DNA of 64,000 nt. Source: an uncultured Pelagibacteraceae bacterium. Its GTDB lineage: Bacteria; Pseudomonadota; Alphaproteobacteria; Pelagibacterales; Pelagibacteraceae. A program made the translations under genes and the position numbers. This document shows positions 11,258 to 20,813 of the stretch, one piece after another. The notes below the pieces were generated by a model, which was given only the letters and a program-made list of their open reading frames with translations, was not told the origin of the DNA and searched no databases. The stretch covers positions 4,258-68,257 of the forward strand of contig CACJGD010000003.1 in the NCBI GenBank assembly GCA_902592935.1, read 5' to 3'. Positions within the stretch are counted from its first letter, which is position 1, and each line of letters begins with the position of its first letter.

Positions 11258-12044
11258 TTTCCAATAGTTTTAGTATTTTGCTATTTATTTTGGGCTCTAC
11301 TCCATGCCACAATTTAAATGCCTCTGAGGCCTGATAAACAAACATTAATTTTCCATTTTCTGATCGATTTCCAAGTTTTTTTCCTTCTTTTAAGAAATTA
11401 GTTTCACTTGGATTATAAATTACATCGTAAAATAGTTTATTACCCCCAACGTCAGAAAAATTTAAGTTTATGACTTCATTGTTTAAACCAACGCTCGTTG
11501 CATTAATTACTATATCAAACTTTGGTATATTGCCCCAATCTATAATATTTATAATTTTAAATTGAGATTTTAAATCATCTGCTCTTTGCTTGGTCCTGTT
11601 GGAAATGGTTATTTCTGAAACATTCATTTTATTTAAAGCAAAAATTATAGAAGGAACAACCCCTCCAGCACCTAAAATAAAAATTTTTTTACCTTCAATA
11701 TTAAAATTCAAATCTTTAATTGCTTTAGTAAAACCAGGTATATCAGTATTATGTCCTACCAAAGTGTCATTGGTGAAAATTATTGTATTTACTGATTGTG
11801 TTTGTTCTGCCTCTGGGCTTAATTTATCTAAATAAGGAATTACTACTTTTTTAAATGGAACAGTAACATTTATTCCATTTATTTTTCTTTCTTTAACTTT
11901 GGAAATTATAGATTGTAAATCTTGCTCCTCAATTTTTTTTTTTTCATATTTGGCATTAATATTATTTTCTTTCAGCCAATAATTATGAAGTTTGGGTGAC
12001 AAAGAATGATCAATAGGGTTTCCGATTACAAAATATTTTTTCAT
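11250..12044 (-). CDS. aroE: Shikimate dehydrogenase
   Basis: GNPIDHSLSP, NVTVPFK, NTD, GAGG, NATSVG, YDVIYNP. Confidence 0.97.
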   Translation of the reverse strand: MKKYFVIGNPIDHSLSPKLHNYWLKENNINAKYEKKKIEEQDLQSIISKVKERKINGINVTVPFKKVVIPYLDKLSPEAEQTQSVNTIIFTNDTLVGHNTDIPGFTKAIKDLNFNIEGKKIFILGAGGVVPSIIFALNKMNVSEITISNRTKQRADDLKSQFKIINIIDWGNIPKFDIVINATSVGLNNEVINLNFSDVGGNKLFYDVIYNPSETNFLKEGKKLGNRSENGKLMFVYQASEAFKLWHGVEPKINSKILKLLEND

Positions 12045-12628
12045 TACAATGAGCTTATATATTCCTTTATTTTTTTAACAGGTAGACCCATAATTGTATC
12101 TTCGTCTCCCTCTATATTTGAAAACAAATTTCTACCTACACCTTCTATTTGATAAACATTGTATGCATAAAGAGTTTCATCAGATATTTTAGATAAATAA
12201 ATTTCTAGCTCATCGTTAGATAAATTTTTCATTGAAAGTTTAGCTTTATCAGTGTGGTTCCAAATCATTGATCCATTTTTTGATATACAGACAGAACTAA
12301 TTAAAAAATGTGATTTACCATTGAGTTTCTTTAATATCTTCATTGCCTCTTCTCTAGTTTCTGGCTTTGATATTAATTCACCATTCAAATCAATCACACT
12401 GTCTGCTCCTAAAACGATTGCATCAGTTTTTTTCATACTTACTTTGTTTGCTTTCAATTCAGCTAAATTTTTTGAAATCAACTCTGGACTTGCTTGTTCT
12501 TTTAATAAGCTTAGTTTAACAATATCTTCATCTACATTTGATGGCTCAACAGTATTTTTAATATTGTTTTTATCTAAAATTTCTTTTCTAACTTTGCTTT
12601 TTGATGCAAGAATTATTCTATTTAACAT
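12044..12628 (-). CDS. maf: Maf family nucleoside triphosphate pyrophosphatase
   Basis: ILAS.S..R, LA..KA, GADSV, KP, YQIEG, IMGLP. Confidence 0.93.
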   Translation of the reverse strand: MLNRIILASKSKVRKEILDKNNIKNTVEPSNVDEDIVKLSLLKEQASPELISKNLAELKANKVSMKKTDAIVLGADSVIDLNGELISKPETREEAMKILKKLNGKSHFLISSVCISKNGSMIWNHTDKAKLSMKNLSNDELEIYLSKISDETLYAYNVYQIEGVGRNLFSNIEGDEDTIMGLPVKKIKEYISSL

Positions 12629-13445
12629 TGTTTAAATATATTTCATGAATTTTTATAATTGATGCCGCAGTTTCTTCAACAGATTTTCTTGTAACATCTA
12701 TAAGTGGCCATTTGTATTTTTGAAATGTTTTTTTTGCATCCATAACTTCTTTTTTGATATTCTCTAAATTTGTATAATTTATATTTTCAGTTTCTCTTAA
12801 GGAGTTCATCCTGTTTTTTCTTAAATCTACCAATCTTTCTGGTTCTGTGCTCAACCCAACAACACAAGATAATTTGGGGTTTTGTTTTAATTTTTCAGGC
12901 AGTGAATTTTCATTTACCAAAGGTATGTTTGAAGTCTTAAATCCTTTGTTCGCAAGATATATAGATGTTGGGGTTTTGCTTGTTCTGCTTACTCCTACAA
13001 GAATAATGTCTGATTTGTCTATTTCATTAATTAAATTTCCATCATCATGATTCATTGTAAATTGAATTGCTTCAATCCTATCATAATATTCTTCATTTAA
13101 AATATGTTGACCGCTTGGTTCGTGGGTTGCTTTTTGATTTAAAATTTTTGAAAAATTTAAAATTAAATTTCCCAAAACTCCAAAACAAGGAATTTTTTTA
13201 TCATCACTTACGTTTGCTAAATACTTGGCCAAATTATTGTCAACAATAGTATATAGAATTATTGCATTAGTATTTTTCTCTGCATCTTCTAAAATTTTTA
13301 AAATTTGATTTTCTGTCCTAGTAAAAGAATATGAATGAACTTTGTATTCAATATTTATAAATTGAGCTTTTAAGGCTAAAAATATTCTATCTAAAGTCTC
13401 GCCCGTTGAATCTGAAATCAGGTATATTTGATAAGTATTATTCAT
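12618..13445 (-). CDS. ppsR: Pyruvate,phosphate dikinase / PEP synthase regulatory protein (DUF299)
   Basis: SDSTGET, HDDG, GVSRTSKTPTS.YLAN.G, DVTRKSVEETA. Confidence 0.93.
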   Translation of the reverse strand: MNNTYQIYLISDSTGETLDRIFLALKAQFINIEYKVHSYSFTRTENQILKILEDAEKNTNAIILYTIVDNNLAKYLANVSDDKKIPCFGVLGNLILNFSKILNQKATHEPSGQHILNEEYYDRIEAIQFTMNHDDGNLINEIDKSDIILVGVSRTSKTPTSIYLANKGFKTSNIPLVNENSLPEKLKQNPKLSCVVGLSTEPERLVDLRKNRMNSLRETENINYTNLENIKKEVMDAKKTFQKYKWPLIDVTRKSVEETAASIIKIHEIYLNNVK

Positions 13446-13714
13446 GAATAAAAAGTTAATAAATATGTATTATTTTAATTAAATTAAACAATTCAAAAAT
13501 TTCTAAAATTAAGCTTGTAAAAGCTGATATTTATTAACAATAATAATAAATAGGTTAAAACAATCCACAAAAAATGAAACAATCAAAAAAAGCTTCATTT
13601 TAAACAATTTTAGTTACTTAAGATGTAAGTAAATTGTGAATATAATGTTTATAAAAATTAATCACCTTTATTCACAGGATATATTAAAACTACAATAATT
13701 AATAAAGCTTTTAT
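13446..13714. other. Putative chromosomal replication origin (oriC)
   Basis: Largest intergenic gap in the window, very AT-rich, between DUF299 and hemE (the Caulobacter/Rickettsia origin position); exact TTWTNCACA box TTATTCACA at 13668-13676 plus near-matches at 13531-13539, 13561-13569, 13635-13643 (rev) and 13646-13654 (rev); flanking operons diverge. Confidence 0.75.
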
Positions 13715-14716
13715 ATGAAACCTTTGCACAAAATATTAATTAATAATGATACTTCCTTTAACCCTGTTTGGATTATGAGGCAAGCCGGAAGGTACTTACC
13801 TGAATTTAGGGAAATTAGAAAAAAAAACCCTGATTTTATTAATTTATGTTTAAATCATCATTTGTCTACAGAAATTACCTTACAACCTTTAAAAAGATTT
13901 GATTTAGATGCTGCAATAATATTTTCAGATATCTTGATGTTACCTTATGGGCTGGGTCAGAAAGTAAAATTTGAAAAAAATTTTGGGCCAAAATTAGGAG
14001 AATTAAATTTAAACGAAATCGCAAAGATTGATGAAATTGATTTTGTAGAAAAAATACACCGTGTTTACAAAGCAATAGAAAAAGTTAGCACAGACCCTAT
14101 TTTAAAAAATAAAAACACCATTGGCTTTGTTGGAGCTCCATGGACGTTATTGGTTTATATGATTAATCAGCAATCACCTAAAAAAAATTTAAAAAAAGAT
14201 TTTTTTAAAGATGAATTTTTAATAAATAGAATTTTATTAATTATTGAAAAATTTTTAAAGATTCATATCAAAAATCAAATTGATAATGGCGCAAATGTAA
14301 TTCAAATCTTTGATAGTTGGGCAGGATTGTTAGACGAAAAAGATTTGCCAAACTATGTTTATTCTCCAACTTTAAACTTAGTGAATTATGTAAAATCTTT
14401 AAATGTACCGGTGATATGTTTTCCTAGAGAAATAAAAAATTACAAAGAATTTTGCGATATTATTAAACCCGATGCTGTTAGTATCGATTATAATGTTGAT
14501 CCAAAAAAAATACTTAGAGATATAAAAATACCAATACAAGGCGGTTTAGATCCAAAAATTTTGTTAACAGATAAAGAAACTTTAAAAAAAGAAGCTTCAA
14601 AATATCTCAATATTTTTAAAGATCATCCATATATATTTAATTTAGGACACGGAGTGCTTCCAGAGACAGACCCTAATATGTTTGATTATTTAGTAAAAAC
14701 AGTAAAAAATTATTAA
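13715..14716 (+). CDS. hemE: Uroporphyrinogen decarboxylase
   Basis: PVWIMRQAGRYLPE, FSDIL, IQIFDSWAG, FNLGHG. Confidence 0.97.
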   Translation: MKPLHKILINNDTSFNPVWIMRQAGRYLPEFREIRKKNPDFINLCLNHHLSTEITLQPLKRFDLDAAIIFSDILMLPYGLGQKVKFEKNFGPKLGELNLNEIAKIDEIDFVEKIHRVYKAIEKVSTDPILKNKNTIGFVGAPWTLLVYMINQQSPKKNLKKDFFKDEFLINRILLIIEKFLKIHIKNQIDNGANVIQIFDSWAGLLDEKDLPNYVYSPTLNLVNYVKSLNVPVICFPREIKNYKEFCDIIKPDAVSIDYNVDPKKILRDIKIPIQGGLDPKILLTDKETLKKEASKYLNIFKDHPYIFNLGHGVLPETDPNMFDYLVKTVKNY

Positions 14717-14717
14717 T

Positions 14718-15836
14718 ATGAACCAGATTTATACACACCCAAAAAGAAAAACAAAAGTTGTGTTTGTCCAACTCGGATCCCCTTCTGAGCCGACAACTAA
14801 AGCTTTAAGAAAATATCTTAGAAAATTTTTAGGAGATCCAAGAGTGGTTGATATAAATCCTTGGTTATGGAAAATAATTTTAAACTTTTTTGTATTACCT
14901 TTTAGACCTAAAAAATCTGCCAAACTTTATGAAAGAATATGGGATGGAAAAAGCTTCCCTTTAATTACAAACACAAGAGACTTTACAAATAATGTTAGAG
15001 AAGAACTAAAGAAAATCGATCCTGATGGCTATGTCGAAGTTAATCATGCTTTTCTTTTATCACCCCCATATGTAAATGAAGTTTATGATAGCTGGGAAGA
15101 CGATTTAAAAAAAGGCATTGGCGCAACGAAATTGTTGGTTATACCGATGTTTCCCCAGTACTCTGAAAGCACAATAGCCTCAGGTATAGACGCTTTAGCA
15201 AAAGAATTATCAAAAAGAGTTAAGATTCCAACTTTTGAAGTTATTACAAATTTCCACAGAACACATGCTTTTATAGATAACTCAGTAAGACAAGTTGATA
15301 CTAAAATTAATGAGCTAAACCAAGAAGGAAAAAAAATTGACAACCTAATAATTACTTTTCATGGTATGCAAAAAAGAAGAATTGTTAATAAGGGTGATGA
15401 TTATTACAGGCATTGTTACGAAACGTTTTGTCTTATAACAAATAATTTAAAGAATATAAGGCCTGAACAATGCATGATGAGTTTTCAAAGCCGTTTTGGA
15501 TCTGAGGAGTGGATAACCCCCTATACTGAAGACGTTGTAAAAAAATTAATTACTGAAGGTAAAAAAGAAATAGCCATATATTCTCCAAGCTTTGTTGCTG
15601 ACTGCCTAGAAACTACTGATGAACTAGGTCATGAACTCGTCAATGAAGCAAAAGATTTGGGCGGAAACATATATCCGATAGAATGTTTAAACACCAAAAA
15701 GGATTGGTGTAAAGATTTTGCAAAATACACATTTACACAGGCAGAGGGTTCGGCGCAAGATAAAGAGGATATAGAATATCAGTTAGATAAAAAGTTTTAT
15801 GAAAAAATGCCACAACAAGTGATGAATAAATCATAA
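14718..15836 (+). CDS. hemH: Ferrochelatase (atypical for Alphaproteobacteria)
   Basis: QLGSP...YL..FLGDPRVVD, PMFPQYS.ST, TFHG, FQSRFG..EW..PYT, F.ADCLET.DE. Confidence 0.92.
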   Translation: MNQIYTHPKRKTKVVFVQLGSPSEPTTKALRKYLRKFLGDPRVVDINPWLWKIILNFFVLPFRPKKSAKLYERIWDGKSFPLITNTRDFTNNVREELKKIDPDGYVEVNHAFLLSPPYVNEVYDSWEDDLKKGIGATKLLVIPMFPQYSESTIASGIDALAKELSKRVKIPTFEVITNFHRTHAFIDNSVRQVDTKINELNQEGKKIDNLIITFHGMQKRRIVNKGDDYYRHCYETFCLITNNLKNIRPEQCMMSFQSRFGSEEWITPYTEDVVKKLITEGKKEIAIYSPSFVADCLETTDELGHELVNEAKDLGGNIYPIECLNTKKDWCKDFAKYTFTQAEGSAQDKEDIEYQLDKKFYEKMPQQVMNKS

Positions 15837-15848
15837 GAGAAACAAATT

Positions 15849-16376
15849 ATGTTTGATTTTTTAATTATTTATTCAACTACAGACGGACATACAAAAACAA
15901 TTTGTGAAAGAATTAAAAATTTCCTAAACGATGGAAATTTAGTAGAACTTCTCTCTTTAGAAGATGCTAAAAAAGTTGATCTATCTAATTTTAAAAAAAT
16001 TATAATCGGTGCTAGCATTAGATATGGCAAGCATTCTAAAGAACTTTATAAATTTATTAATTTAAACAAAAATATTTTAGATCAAAAAAAAAGTGCTTTT
16101 TTTTCAGTAAATGTTGTTGCAAGAAAACCAGAAAAAAATACAGCTGAAACAAACCCTTATATAAATAAATTCTTAAAAATATCTAAATGGAAACCAAATA
16201 AAATAAGCGTGTTTGCTGGCAAGGTTGATTACCCCAATTACAACTTTGTTGATAAATACATAATTAAATTTATAATGTTCATAACGAAGGGCCCGACAGA
16301 TACTTCCCAATCATATGAATTTACAGATTGGTCAAAAGTTGATGATTTTTCTAAAGAGTTAGGAAATAATTATTAA
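15849..16376 (+). CDS. hemG: Flavodoxin-like protoporphyrinogen IX dehydrogenase HemG
   Basis: YST.DG.T..I, IGASIRYG, FFSVN.VARKPEK....TNPY, FAG..YP.Y, EFTDW..V. Confidence 0.93.
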   Translation: MFDFLIIYSTTDGHTKTICERIKNFLNDGNLVELLSLEDAKKVDLSNFKKIIIGASIRYGKHSKELYKFINLNKNILDQKKSAFFSVNVVARKPEKNTAETNPYINKFLKISKWKPNKISVFAGKVDYPNYNFVDKYIIKFIMFITKGPTDTSQSYEFTDWSKVDDFSKELGNNY

Positions 16377-16494
16377 ATATGCTTAAAAAACCCTCATTTT
16401 ACTCATCTTTTTAATATTTTATTAACTGTCTTGTAATACTTCAAAGAGTATATATATTATTATCATCTGATAAGTCCTTATCAAAAAAACAATC

Positions 16495-17763
16495 ATGAAT
16501 ATTCAAGAATTAAAACTTAAATCATCTGAACAGCTTATTACTCAGGCTGAAGAGCTTGGTATAGAAAATGCCAGTACATTAAGAAAGCAGGAAATACTTT
16601 TTGCCATTCTTAAAAAAGTCGCTGAAAAAGAGGAAATTACTGGTGTAGGTGTTTTACAGCTATTACAAGATGGTTTTGGTTTTCTTAGAGCAATGGAGTC
16701 AAATTATCTTCCAGGACCAGATGATATTTATGTGAGCCCGAGTCAAATTAGAAAATTTGGTTTGAGAACCGGAGATACAGTTGAAGGACCAGTAAGAGCT
16801 CCTAAAGAAGGAGAAAGATATTTTGCGTTATTACAAGTTAGTAAGATAAATTTTGAGGAACCAGAAAAAGCGAGACATAAGATTGCATTTGATAACTTAA
16901 CGCCGTTATATCCAGATAAACAGCTAGTGATGGAAGTTGAAACTACAAAAGTCGAAAAAAAACAAGATTTAACTCCAAGACTTATTGATCTAGTTAGTCC
17001 AATCGGCAAAGGACAAAGATCTATAATTATTTCTCCGCCTAAGGCTGGAAAAACAATGATTTTGCAAAGTATTGCAAACTCAATAGCTAAAAATTATCCA
17101 GAATGTTATCTAATGGTGTTATTGATTGATGAACGTCCAGAAGAAGTAACAGACATGCAAAGAACTGTAAAAGGTGAAGTAATTAGTTCTACTTTCGATG
17201 AACCAGCTCAAAGACACGTGGCAGTGGCTGAAATGGTTATTGAAAAAGCTAAAAGACTAACTGAACACAAAAAAGATGTTATAATATTATTAGACTCTAT
17301 AACAAGACTAGGAAGAGCATATAATGCGGTTATACCAAGTTCCGGTAAAGTTTTAACAGGAGGTGTTGATGCAAATGCACTTCAGAGACCTAAAAGATTT
17401 TTCGGTGCAGCAAGAAATATTGAAGAAGGTGGCTCGTTAACGATTATTTCTACAGCCCTCATTGATACAGGTAGTAGAATGGATGAAGTAATTTTCGAAG
17501 AATTTAAAGGAACAGGAAATAGTGAAACTATTTTAGATAGAAAAATCGCGGATAAAAGAATTTATCCCGCAATAGATATAACTAAATCTGGAACAAGAAG
17601 AGAAGAATTATTATTTGATAAAAGTGATTTGCAAAAAATGAATGTTTTAAGAAGAATAATTGCCCCAATGGGAACAATGGATGCAATTGAGTTTATTAAC
17701 TCAAAATTAAAAGACACAAAAAATAATGCAGAGTTTTTTAATTCTATGAATAAACCAGCTTAA
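16495..17763 (+). CDS. rho: Transcription termination factor Rho
   Basis: [41 protein letters not shown]. Confidence 0.99.
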   Translation: MNIQELKLKSSEQLITQAEELGIENASTLRKQEILFAILKKVAEKEEITGVGVLQLLQDGFGFLRAMESNYLPGPDDIYVSPSQIRKFGLRTGDTVEGPVRAPKEGERYFALLQVSKINFEEPEKARHKIAFDNLTPLYPDKQLVMEVETTKVEKKQDLTPRLIDLVSPIGKGQRSIIISPPKAGKTMILQSIANSIAKNYPECYLMVLLIDERPEEVTDMQRTVKGEVISSTFDEPAQRHVAVAEMVIEKAKRLTEHKKDVIILLDSITRLGRAYNAVIPSSGKVLTGGVDANALQRPKRFFGAARNIEEGGSLTIISTALIDTGSRMDEVIFEEFKGTGNSETILDRKIADKRIYPAIDITKSGTRREELLFDKSDLQKMNVLRRIIAPMGTMDAIEFINSKLKDTKNNAEFFNSMNKPA

Positions 17764-17789
17764 TTTATTGTGTTTTATTCAATTATTCT

Positions 17790-19343
17790 ATGGATTTTAA
17801 AAACAGAATAGTCGAAATAAACAATTTAATAAGCTTAAATAAATTTTCTCAAGCATTGTCAAAATGTGAGAGTTTAGTAAAGAAATTTCCTAATAATTCT
17901 TATATTTTAAATTTGCAAGGTTTAATTTTACAGCAATGTAATCAAGTAAAAAAATCAATAATCTGCTTCAATAAAGCATTATCTGCTCAAAAAGATAATT
18001 ATGCAGCAATGAATAATTTGGCAAATTCCTATAAAAATTTATTTGAGTTTGAAGAGGCTGAAAATTTATACAAAACAATCATAAGTAATGACATCGCAAA
18101 TGTTAAAGCTTTAAATAATTATGCAAACTTAAAAAGAGAAATTAATCAATATCAAGAAGCAAAAAAATTACTGTTAAAAGGTCTTAAAATAGAGCCCAAA
18201 AACATCAATCTTTTATTAAATCTTGCTATTTGTTGTCAGGGTATTGGAGAAATGAATGACGCAAAAAAATATCTTTCAAAAATTCTTGATATTCAACCTT
18301 CTAATACAAATGCTCACAAGCTTTTAAGCACAATGATTAACTATAATAAAGATCAGAAACATTTAGCTGAGATGAAGAAATTTATCGATGATAAAAGTTT
18401 AAATTTTGATCAAAAAGCGGAACTTTTTTTTGCATTAGGAAAAGCCTATGAGGATCTTAAAGATTATGAAAACTCTTTTCTATTTTTAAAAAAAGCAAAT
18501 TCGACTCAAAAACATGATCAAGCCCATGTTCTAGAAAATAGAAAAAAACTATTTGATAATATTATAAAACTTTTTGACGATATCGATATTTCAAAGCCAA
18601 AATCAAATAATTTAAACAAAAATATTTTCATTTGTGGAATGCCAAGATCAGGAACCACTTTGATTGAACAAATGGTAGCTTCTCATAATTCTGTCGAGGG
18701 GGCAGGTGAAATTCATTATTTATCAGAGATTATAAAAAATAATTTTTTAGAAGGTATAAAATTTAATAAATCAAAAATACTTGATGAAATAAAAAATCCA
18801 GAAAACCTGATATTTAAAAAGTATAATAATCTAATAAGTTTTCACAATTTTAAATCAAATTTTGTAACTGATAAAGCGCCACAAAATTTTATGTGGATTG
18901 GATTTATTAAAATTTTTTTTCCTAACAGTAAGATTATTCACTGTTTTAGAAATCCCAAGGATAATTGTCTATCAATTTTTAAAAATCATTTTTCATCTCC
19001 TACTATGTCTTGGGCATACGATCAAAAAAATATAGCTGAGCAATATGTTTTATATTCGAGACTAATGAATTACTGGAAATCTAAATTTAAAGATGACATT
19101 TTTGATGCAAATTATGAAAAAATTATAAATTCGCCAGAACAAGAAGTAAAAAAAATAATTTCATTTTGTGATCTTCCGTGGGATCCAGAATGCTTAAATT
19201 TCCATAAAAATAAAAAAACCCCAGTTCAAACAGTAAGCGTTGCTCAAGCTAGTAAACCTATTTATAAGTCTTCAATTCAATCTAATGAACCTTACGTAAA
19301 ATATTTATCTGAGATGTTTAACATTCTTGATACCAACTTGTAA
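17790..19343 (+). CDS. TPR-repeat sulfotransferase family protein
   Basis: N-terminal TPR-like helices (NNLANSY, NNYANL, FALGKAYED); C-terminal FICGMPRSGTTL.EQ, DKAP.NF, RNP.DNCLS. Confidence 0.88.
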   Translation: MDFKNRIVEINNLISLNKFSQALSKCESLVKKFPNNSYILNLQGLILQQCNQVKKSIICFNKALSAQKDNYAAMNNLANSYKNLFEFEEAENLYKTIISNDIANVKALNNYANLKREINQYQEAKKLLLKGLKIEPKNINLLLNLAICCQGIGEMNDAKKYLSKILDIQPSNTNAHKLLSTMINYNKDQKHLAEMKKFIDDKSLNFDQKAELFFALGKAYEDLKDYENSFLFLKKANSTQKHDQAHVLENRKKLFDNIIKLFDDIDISKPKSNNLNKNIFICGMPRSGTTLIEQMVASHNSVEGAGEIHYLSEIIKNNFLEGIKFNKSKILDEIKNPENLIFKKYNNLISFHNFKSNFVTDKAPQNFMWIGFIKIFFPNSKIIHCFRNPKDNCLSIFKNHFSSPTMSWAYDQKNIAEQYVLYSRLMNYWKSKFKDDIFDANYEKIINSPEQEVKKIISFCDLPWDPECLNFHKNKKTPVQTVSVAQASKPIYKSSIQSNEPYVKYLSEMFNILDTNL

Positions 19344-19364
19344 AAAACCAAGTATAATTATCTT

Positions 19365-20696
19365 ATGACAATTTATGCCCTATCAAGTGGGCCTGGTATT
19401 TCGGGTATTGCTGTAATAAGAATTTCTGGAAAAGAGACATTTAAAGCAATCAAACTTATAACCGGCAAGGAACTACCCAAGCCAAGGGTGGCAACACTAA
19501 GAAAAATCAACAAAATCAACACTTCTGAGCTAATAGATGAGGGTATAATCATATGTTTCCCTGGCCCTGACAGCTACACAGGTGAAGATATGGCTGAGAT
19601 TCAAGTTCATGGAAGCAAAGCTGTTGTAGATGCCCTACACTCCTCTCTTTCAGATATAGAAAATTGCAGATTAGCTGAACCGGGTGAATTTACTAAACTC
19701 GCATTTCAGAATGGAAAAATAAATTTACTTAAAGCTGAAAGTATTGCTGATTTAATTTCTTCAGAAACGGAAATCCAAAGACAACAAGCAATTAAAATAA
19801 TGAATGGAAAATCAGCGGATCAATTTAATTTTTTAAAAGAAAAACTTTTAAAAATTTTATCCCACGTTGAAGCTAAAATAGATTTTCCAGAAGAGGATTT
19901 ACCAAATACTATTTTAGATGAAATTAAAAATGTTTCTGATGAAGTGATAATTAAAATTAAAAAAATACTAAACGACCAGAAAGTTGGTGAAAGAATAAGA
20001 GAAGGTTTTAAAATAGCAATTCTTGGACCGACTAATGCTGGAAAATCTAGTTTGATGAATCATTTATCTAATAGAGATGTTGCAATAGTTTCTGAAATTG
20101 CCGGCACAACTAGAGACGTAATTCAAACTCATCTAAATATAGACGGTTATCCAGTTATAATTTCAGATACAGCGGGAATAAGAGACTCCAAAGATGAGAT
20201 CGAAAAGAAAGGTGTTAAATTATCGTTGAATAGAGCCGAAGAAGCAGATTTAAAGCTCGTTGTTGTGGATGCAAAAAACCTTGATTTTACTGATGTTTTG
20301 AAGGGTTTGTTGGAGGAAAATGCAATTTTAGTTATAAATAAGTCTGATCTTTTAGAAAAAGATATTGATCATAAAATCAAAAAAACAAATCATGTTTTAA
20401 TTTCAATTAAAGAAAATAAAAATATTGAAGAATTAATTACAAAAATAAAAAATAATTTAAAAAATAAATTTATTACAAGTGATGATATTTTAATTACTAG
20501 AGAAAGGCATAGACAACATTTGCAACAGTGTTTGGAACATTTAAATAATTTTAATAAAAAAAAAGAAATCGAAGATTTTGATAAAGCCGCAGAAGATTTA
20601 AGATTAGCTACTAGACATTTAGGTATGATTGTTGGAAAAGTCGATGTTGAAGAGATATTAGGTAGTATTTTCAACGATTTTTGTATCGGTAAATAA
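19365..20696 (+). CDS. mnmE: tRNA modification GTPase MnmE
   Basis: SYTGED, GPTNAGKSS, GTTRD, DTAGIR, NKSD, FCIGK end. Confidence 0.98.
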   Translation: MTIYALSSGPGISGIAVIRISGKETFKAIKLITGKELPKPRVATLRKINKINTSELIDEGIIICFPGPDSYTGEDMAEIQVHGSKAVVDALHSSLSDIENCRLAEPGEFTKLAFQNGKINLLKAESIADLISSETEIQRQQAIKIMNGKSADQFNFLKEKLLKILSHVEAKIDFPEEDLPNTILDEIKNVSDEVIIKIKKILNDQKVGERIREGFKIAILGPTNAGKSSLMNHLSNRDVAIVSEIAGTTRDVIQTHLNIDGYPVIISDTAGIRDSKDEIEKKGVKLSLNRAEEADLKLVVVDAKNLDFTDVLKGLLEENAILVINKSDLLEKDIDHKIKKTNHVLISIKENKNIEELITKIKNNLKNKFITSDDILITRERHRQHLQQCLEHLNNFNKKKEIEDFDKAAEDLRLATRHLGMIVGKVDVEEILGSIFNDFCIGK

Positions 20697-20813
20697 TACT
20701 CATTTTTGCTGGTTTTTTTGCATTTTTTTGCCTAAAAACGTTGATAATATTGGCTTATTTACAAAAAAATAAGCCTATCTTGTAAATTATTTAATCACCT
20801 ATAAATTTGGCTT

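Noticed and set aside
13446-13714. Possible CtrA sites or an sRNA in the origin gap
   Set aside because: No properly spaced TTAA-N7-TTAA found by eye; no stable hairpin or terminator
20779-20804. CTTGTA...CCTATAA upstream of mnmG as a sigma-32 promoter
   Set aside because: Spacer is 13 nt versus 15-16 in the three heat-shock promoters; could equally be sigma-70
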